A DNA stretch of 64,000 bases from an uncultured Cryomorphaceae bacterium (lineage in GTDB: Bacteria > Bacteroidota > Bacteroidia > Flavobacteriales_D > Cryomorphaceae): positions 233,335 to 297,334 of the forward strand of contig CAVVKG010000008.1 of NCBI GenBank assembly GCA_963748925.1, given 5' to 3'. This document shows, one piece after another, positions 58,387-64,000 of the stretch; position 1 is the first letter of the stretch, and each line of letters starts with the position of its first letter. The translations under genes were made by a program, and so were the position numbers. The notes beneath the pieces are model-generated. The model made no database searches, was not told the DNA's origin, and saw nothing but the letters and a program-made list of their open reading frames with translations.

Positions 58387-59738
58387 AGGCACTTATAGAA
58401 AAATACAACACTCCCGTACCGCGCTATACAAGCTATCCCACGGTGCCAAACTGGAAAGCAGATTCTTTTAATAAAGAAGCTTATCTCAACAGATTAAAAT
58501 CTGGCTTTGCCAATGCCAATAGTGAGGGCATTTCGGTTTATGTGCATCTTCCATTTTGTGAAAGCCTGTGCACTTACTGTGGTTGCAATACACGTATTAC
58601 CATCAATCATAAGGTAGAAGAGCCTTATGTAAATGCTGTGATAAAAGAGTGGGAGCTAATGAAAAACCACTTTACTGATAAGCCGCGCATTCGCGAGATT
58701 CATCTGGGTGGCGGAACACCTACTTTTTTCTCTCCCGCCAATTTGCGGAAGCTGGTAGAGGAAATTATTAAAAACGCAGATATTCCTAAAGATGCTTCTT
58801 TTAGTTTTGAAGCACATCCTTCAAACACAACTCAGGAACATCTGGATGTGCTTCGCAGCCTTGGGTTTGACAGGTTGAGTTTAGGTATTCAGGATTTCGA
58901 TCCCAAAGTACAGAAAGCCATTAATCGTCGTCAAACGGTTGAAGATGTCGACAGGGTGATGAACGGAGCCAGGCAAGCCGGTTATCGGTCCGTAAATTTT
59001 GACCTCGTTTATGGATTGCCTTTTCAAACGGTGGAAATCGTAAGAGACGCTGTTGAGAAAGTTATTGAGCTGCGCCCGGATAGAATTGCGTTTTACAGCT
59101 ATGCCCACGTGCCGTGGATGCACCCGGGACAGCGGGCATATAGTGAAGCTGACCTGCCATCGCCTGAACTTAAACTCGAGCTCTTTATGATGGGGCGACA
59201 GATGCTTCTGGATGCAGGTTACGAGGCAATTGGTTTTGATCACTTCGCGTTGAAATCTGACAGTTTGTATGAGGCTTACGCCAGTGGTACCATGCACCGT
59301 AATTTTATGGGGTTTTCAGATTTGCACACCGATTATATGATTGGCTTGGGTGTATCTTCTATCAGTGATATAGGAAATGGATTTGCACAAAACATTAAAG
59401 GTGTAGAACCCTATATCGACAAAGTAAATAATGGAGAAATCCCCATTTTCAAGGGTCATCTCCACTCGGAAATGGACGTTTTTATTCGCGATCAAATCTT
59501 AAATCTTACGTGTAAGCACGGCACTTCGTGGAAGTATGCTAATAAAGAAGAAAAGATTTATATGCGCCGTTGCCTTCCCCGACTGGAGCAATTGGTAAAT
59601 GATGGCCTCGTAAGTATCGGCGATGATTCAGTGCGCGTTACTGAGAAAGGACAAGTATTTGTGCGCCACATTTGTGCCGCTTTTGATGCAGATATGCTCA
59701 CAGCTGAGGTGAAGCAAAGATTTGCTCAGGGGGTTTAG
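58383..59738 (+). CDS. hemN: oxygen-independent coproporphyrinogen III oxidase (radical SAM)
   Basis: 451 aa. YVHLPFCESLCTYCGC (CxxxCxxC), GGGTPTF and the HemN C-terminal domain. The ATGA overlaps the preceding gene. Confidence 0.93.
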   Translation: MKALIEKYNTPVPRYTSYPTVPNWKADSFNKEAYLNRLKSGFANANSEGISVYVHLPFCESLCTYCGCNTRITINHKVEEPYVNAVIKEWELMKNHFTDKPRIREIHLGGGTPTFFSPANLRKLVEEIIKNADIPKDASFSFEAHPSNTTQEHLDVLRSLGFDRLSLGIQDFDPKVQKAINRRQTVEDVDRVMNGARQAGYRSVNFDLVYGLPFQTVEIVRDAVEKVIELRPDRIAFYSYAHVPWMHPGQRAYSEADLPSPELKLELFMMGRQMLLDAGYEAIGFDHFALKSDSLYEAYASGTMHRNFMGFSDLHTDYMIGLGVSSISDIGNGFAQNIKGVEPYIDKVNNGEIPIFKGHLHSEMDVFIRDQILNLTCKHGTSWKYANKEEKIYMRRCLPRLEQLVNDGLVSIGDDSVRVTEKGQVFVRHICAAFDADMLTAEVKQRFAQGV

Positions 59739-59996
59739 AGAATCTATAGCTCTAATTGGTATGTGTTGATTACAAGATAGACCTCCTAAAACTAAAAGTT
59801 ATTGGTTCGTTTCTAAGGAATGACCATCTCTGGCTGCATTAATTCTAAAAGTCTGTTTATATCGGTGAAATTAGGTTACACCTGAATACTTCGTAAGTGC
59901 CTTATCCATAATTAGTAGGAGTTTTGGGCTGGGCAACTGATTTTTAATTTGTTCGTCATTCCCCTAACTTGTTTTAACCATTAATCAACCAGTCTT

Positions 59997-62900
59997 ATGA
60001 AGCTTCTCCCTATTCTAGCCGGATTTGTATTTACTTTTATTGTCTCTTCAATTTGTCTTGGTTCTTCACCTCCAAAGCACAATCCATTTATTCCAAATCT
60101 TGGCCAATGGAATGGGGAATTCAAGTATAAAACCGAGGTAGGTAATCTGGCTGTGTATATTGAGGAGAGAGGATTCACCTATGTTCTTTCTGAAAATTTA
60201 TCTCATGATCACGCAGAGGATGATCATCATTTGCCAGACCTGATAAACAAGCACGCTTTTCGATTAAGGTATAAAGGCGCTTTGCCAATATCATATACAG
60301 GTAAAGAAACGCAAAGAGGATATCATAATTATTTCATAGGTTCAGATCGAAGTAAGTGGAAAGGCCACGTGCCGCTTTATTCACAAATTGAATCTACTGA
60401 GATATATCCGGGCATCACAATGATTGCCTACCAATCACCATCAGGTTTAAAATACGACTATGTTATTGCACCTGAATCAGATCCGGGTCAAATTAAATTT
60501 TATTATTCGGGTACTGAAGGTGTATCAACCACGAAAGAGGGATTAAGAATTCAAACTTCGGTTGGAGATCTTTTTGAGTCAATTCCCATTAGCTATCAGA
60601 TCATTAATGGAGAAAAAGTAGAGGTGAAATGTAAGTATAAAAGCAGTTCTGATGGATTTAGTTTTAGTTTCCCGGACGGATACGACCCTGATCTGCCACT
60701 GATAATAGATCCTATTCTTGTAGCTGCCACACTTTCAGGAACGGGCTCGGGGGGGTCAAATTACGGCCATGGCGCCGCTTTTGATATGGCTGGAAATATC
60801 TATACGCACGCTATTTCTTTTAATTCAGCCTACCCGGTTACTGAAGGAGCATTTCAAGAATTATATGGGGGTGGTGGAACTGATGTTGCTATTAGTAAAC
60901 TTAATCCTGACGGCTCTGAATTGATATATGCATCTTTTATTGGAGGTGATTTAGGAGAATATCCCCATTCAATTATCACCAATAATAATCAGGAATTGTA
61001 TGTAGTCGGGTCAACTTCCTCATCTAATTTTCCTACTTCCTTAAGTGCAGTGCAAACCGAATTTGGTGGAGGCGGGAATGATATTTTTATTACAGCTCTT
61101 TCTATAGATGGTTCTCAAATTGAGGGATCTTCTTTTTTAGGCGGTTCATCAAATGATGGTGTTAATGCAACCGGATTTGTGAGCCACGGAGATGCTAGAA
61201 GTGAGGTTTATATTGACCTAAACAGTAACGTTTATGTTGCAAGTAGCAGCAGTTCAGAAAATTTCCCTACTACCACTGACTCATTCCAACCGATTAAAAA
61301 AGGCGGTCAGGATGGGGTTTTGGTTAAGCTCAACCCTGATTTATCTGAACTTATCTGGTCAACTTTTGTCGGCTCTGATCAAGATGATATGGTTTACGGG
61401 GTTAGGACTTCGCAAAGCCAGGAAGTTTTTATTACGGGGTGTATTGGAGGTATATCGAATGGCGGAAGCGCTGAAGGGTTTACCGTAACTCCGGGGTCAT
61501 ATCAAGAATCTTTTGGAGGAGGGCAAAATGACGCTTTTGTAGCAAGGGTTTCTGATGACGGGACGCAACTTTTAAACAGCACTTTGCTCGGTGAAGAAGG
61601 TGATGACCAGGGTTTGTTTCTAGATCTGGATAATCAGGAAAACGTATGGGTTTATATGCAGTCTTCCAGCGTGTGGGAGCTATCTTCAGGTGTTTGGGGT
61701 ACTAATGCAGAAGGGAATATCTCCGTGCATAAACTGAATCACGAATTGACTGAACTTCAAGTAACTTCATATCTCACCAATCAAACAGGACCTGGCGGCT
61801 CTGGAAGTCCAGTGGCATTTATGGTAGACCTGTGCAATAATATTTACATCAGCTGTTATGGTGCGAGTAGTACTTTCGTTGCTAGTGATGATGCGATATT
61901 CAGCGCTGGCGGTTTTTATTTAGGGGTATTTACACCAGAAATGGAAGACCTGAGTTATGGAACCTTTTATACCGGAGGTCATGTAGATGGAGGTACTAGT
62001 AGATTTGATAAGCAAGGTATCGTTTACCAGGGTGTTTGTAGTGGGGGTGGATTTAATACCACAGACAATGCCTACGCCCAGGACCAAGTTACAGGATATG
62101 ATATCGGAGTTTTCAAAATCGACTTTGAAATAGAAAGTGTTAATGCTGTTGCAGGAGCTGTTGGGATGCTAACAGGTTGTGCCCCGCATACAGTCGAATT
62201 TACAAATTACAGTTCCGGCGATTCTTATCTGTGGGACTTTGGCGATGGAGTTACAAGCACTGAAGTTGAACCTTCACATCTCTATTCCGACCCGGGTGAG
62301 TATTTGGTAACTCTGGTATTATCAGATCCCGAATCGTGCAATTTGACCGATACAGCTTTTATTCCTATTACCGTTTTTCCTGAGGTTGATTTTTTTACGG
62401 ACTTCTCTTGGGTAATTGATTGTGAATCTGGTGAACTTCTCATAACCGATGCCTCTGAAGGTCCTGAAGATATTGAGTATGTCTGGGACATGGGAGATGG
62501 TACCATTTTGACTGATCAAAACCCAATTTATATATATGAGAATCCCGGTACATATACTGTAACCCTTACTTTGATCAGTGATGCCTGTAATCAGGAAATG
62601 ACAGAAGAACAGGAGGTGAATTTCATACCATATATCGAAGCTGATTTTGACGTCTCTGTAATAGATATTTGCGATGCCTTTCTAATTAATGTGGCTAATC
62701 AAAGTGAAGGTGGTGCCGATTTTACCTGGACAATGGGCGATGGAAATACTTTAACGGAAACGGGTAGTTTTGAATATGTCTATGCTTCTTCAGGAACTTA
62801 TACCATTGGGTTAATTATTGAAGATGAATTGAGTTGTAATCTATCTGATACTACTTTCGTTGAAGTGGTTCTAATTGAACCACCCGTATTAAGCCCTGAA

Positions 62901-63854
62901 ATTTCAATTTCACAAACTGGCTTATGTGAAGAATTGACTTACCTCGCAACAGTTGAACCGAACGGAACGGTGGAAACTTATTCCTGGTTGCTAAATAATG
63001 AGCTTGTTGGTTCTGATGCAAGTCTGGATACCATAGTAAATTCTCCCGGTTTATATACAGTAACTGTAGTGGTTACCGACCCAGTATGTCAGCATGAATT
63101 TACTAATACAATTGAATTTGAGTTTTATGAATACCTAGGTTTTGAATTACCTACTCCACTTTCTTTGTGCTATTACGAAGAATCGGTTTTTCTAAATGCC
63201 ACGGTTCCATTTCCTGAGGCCTCATACGATTGGAACGGAGGGTTATCGACCGACCCTATTCTGGAAGTATCTAGTGCCGGGCAATATGAAGTCACAGTAG
63301 GTTTTAATGGATGTGTCGAAATTCAGGAATCGAACGTAAATGCTATACCTGATTTTCCCCTTTCTTTTCAAGAGTTGATTTGTGAAAATCAATCTAACAA
63401 TATTCTTTTTGAGGATGCCAATGGAATTGTTGAAGCTGTTTCGTGGGAAGATGGCCAGACCGGTTTTCAGATAGAGGTTTCTCAGGGGGGATACTACCCC
63501 TTCACCGCGATCGATCTTTTTGGATGTGAACAGGTTGATAGCTTGCTGGCCATCGCGAGAGATGATGATCCCAATTTGGATATACCAAACGTCTTTACTC
63601 CCAATGGAGATGGAAAGAATGAGGTCTTCCAAATTCAGGGTGACTCTTTGGTATTCTATAATTTGGATGTTATTAATAGATGGGGTAAACAAGTTTTCTC
63701 TACCGATCAAATATACGCACCATGGGATGGTGTTTTACATGAAGAGTCAGGGAATGAAGGCGGAGAGAATAATTTCGTCTATATCTTAAAATACCGTGAT
63801 CAGTGTGATCTTGAAAATCAGGTATTAACCGGAAATATTTCGATACTGCGTTAG
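59997..63854 (+). CDS. 1285-aa surface protein: SBBP-type beta-propeller repeats, PKD domains, T9SS type-B C-terminal domain
   Basis: Signal peptide. Repeated D(V/I/A)(A/F)(I/V)..(L/V)..DGS.L..S(T/S)(F/L)(I/L)GG units (for example DVAISKLNPDGSELIYASFIGG). Three or more PKD signatures (WDFGDGVTS, WDMGDGTIL, WTMGDGNTL). C-terminal DIPNVFTPNGDGKNEVF...VINRWGKQVF...WDG. Confidence 0.85.
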   Translation: MKLLPILAGFVFTFIVSSICLGSSPPKHNPFIPNLGQWNGEFKYKTEVGNLAVYIEERGFTYVLSENLSHDHAEDDHHLPDLINKHAFRLRYKGALPISYTGKETQRGYHNYFIGSDRSKWKGHVPLYSQIESTEIYPGITMIAYQSPSGLKYDYVIAPESDPGQIKFYYSGTEGVSTTKEGLRIQTSVGDLFESIPISYQIINGEKVEVKCKYKSSSDGFSFSFPDGYDPDLPLIIDPILVAATLSGTGSGGSNYGHGAAFDMAGNIYTHAISFNSAYPVTEGAFQELYGGGGTDVAISKLNPDGSELIYASFIGGDLGEYPHSIITNNNQELYVVGSTSSSNFPTSLSAVQTEFGGGGNDIFITALSIDGSQIEGSSFLGGSSNDGVNATGFVSHGDARSEVYIDLNSNVYVASSSSSENFPTTTDSFQPIKKGGQDGVLVKLNPDLSELIWSTFVGSDQDDMVYGVRTSQSQEVFITGCIGGISNGGSAEGFTVTPGSYQESFGGGQNDAFVARVSDDGTQLLNSTLLGEEGDDQGLFLDLDNQENVWVYMQSSSVWELSSGVWGTNAEGNISVHKLNHELTELQVTSYLTNQTGPGGSGSPVAFMVDLCNNIYISCYGASSTFVASDDAIFSAGGFYLGVFTPEMEDLSYGTFYTGGHVDGGTSRFDKQGIVYQGVCSGGGFNTTDNAYAQDQVTGYDIGVFKIDFEIESVNAVAGAVGMLTGCAPHTVEFTNYSSGDSYLWDFGDGVTSTEVEPSHLYSDPGEYLVTLVLSDPESCNLTDTAFIPITVFPEVDFFTDFSWVIDCESGELLITDASEGPEDIEYVWDMGDGTILTDQNPIYIYENPGTYTVTLTLISDACNQEMTEEQEVNFIPYIEADFDVSVIDICDAFLINVANQSEGGADFTWTMGDGNTLTETGSFEYVYASSGTYTIGLIIEDELSCNLSDTTFVEVVLIEPPVLSPEISISQTGLCEELTYLATVEPNGTVETYSWLLNNELVGSDASLDTIVNSPGLYTVTVVVTDPVCQHEFTNTIEFEFYEYLGFELPTPLSLCYYEESVFLNATVPFPEASYDWNGGLSTDPILEVSSAGQYEVTVGFNGCVEIQESNVNAIPDFPLSFQELICENQSNNILFEDANGIVEAVSWEDGQTGFQIEVSQGGYYPFTAIDLFGCEQVDSLLAIARDDDPNLDIPNVFTPNGDGKNEVFQIQGDSLVFYNLDVINRWGKQVFSTDQIYAPWDGVLHEESGNEGGENNFVYILKYRDQCDLENQVLTGNISILR

Positions 63855-63878
63855 TGAAGTGAATGATTTAATTTGGAC

Positions 63879-63909
63879 AAAAAAAAGCGGCTTTTGAGCC
63901 GCTTTTTTT
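63879..63909. terminator. bidirectional rho-independent terminator
   Basis: Stem agcggct / agccgct flanked by A8 upstream and T7 downstream, between convergent genes. Confidence 0.8.
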
Positions 63910-63925
63910 GTTCTGTTTAATAAGT

Positions 63926-64000
63926 TTAAATATGAATCACTTCATCATACGCCGCTGCGGCAGCTTCCATTATTGCCTCACTCATAGTTGGGTGCGGGTG
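63926..64000 (-). CDS. lpdA: 3' end of a dihydrolipoyl dehydrogenase-like flavoprotein disulfide reductase (partial)
   Basis: The minus strand reads HPHPTMSEAIMEAAAAAYDEVIHI*. The H-P-H-P-T-x-S-E motif is the C-terminal dimerisation-domain active-site signature of Lpd-type enzymes. Only 24 codons are visible. Confidence 0.6.
   Translation of the reverse strand, partial: HPHPTMSEAIMEAAAAAYDEVIHI

Noticed and set aside
63243-63710. 155-aa ORF antisense to the 3' part of the 1285-aa T9SS gene.
   Set aside because: It is a shadow ORF. The sense strand encodes a clear type-B sorting domain in this interval.

Overview
This is a 64-kb chromosomal window from a Bacteroidota genome. It looks Flavobacteriia-like: eight proteins carry T9SS C-terminal sorting domains (five type A, three type B), ccoN and ccoO are fused, and TAnnTTTG-type -7 boxes are present. 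The taxon is an inference. I saw no rRNA, tRNA, CRISPR array, transposase or integrase. Gene content in order: (1) a redox/transport group with a haem-c lipoprotein, a thioredoxin-fold lipoprotein, an NhaC antiporter and an RND/MMPL exporter. (2) Housekeeping and chaperone genes: dnaK, panB, an RluA-family synthase, hsp20, a cbpA-like J-protein and a nitroreductase. (3) Three giant T9SS surface proteins at 13.1-22.4 kb; the two type-B proteins are paralogs. (4) A Nudix/NrtR-like regulator divergent from a nine-gene same-strand array: pfkA, a BadF-type sugar kinase, pgmB, GH65 maltose phosphorylase, two GH13 amylases, mgsA, fba and pgi. Next come a sugar MFS transporter, a third GH13 and T9SS-secreted CBM-repeat, esterase and CotH proteins. 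No SusC/SusD pair is present. (5) A complete cbb3 oxidase block: an Fnr-like regulator, a USP-like gene, ccoI, ccoS, ccoNO, ccoQ, ccoP, ccoG, fixH, a TauE/DsbD_2 protein and hemN. (6) One more giant T9SS type-B protein and the 3' end of an lpd-like gene. The most notable observations are candidate cis-elements shared between functionally linked promoters (Crp/Fnr-type boxes, an AGTGT-N7-ACA(C/A) repeat, a heat-shock leader motif) and five single-base frame disruptions next to short homopolymers, two of them in ccoI. I found no convincing novel multi-gene system such as a defence or mobile element. The accessory content is surface-protein and glycan-utilisation biology.
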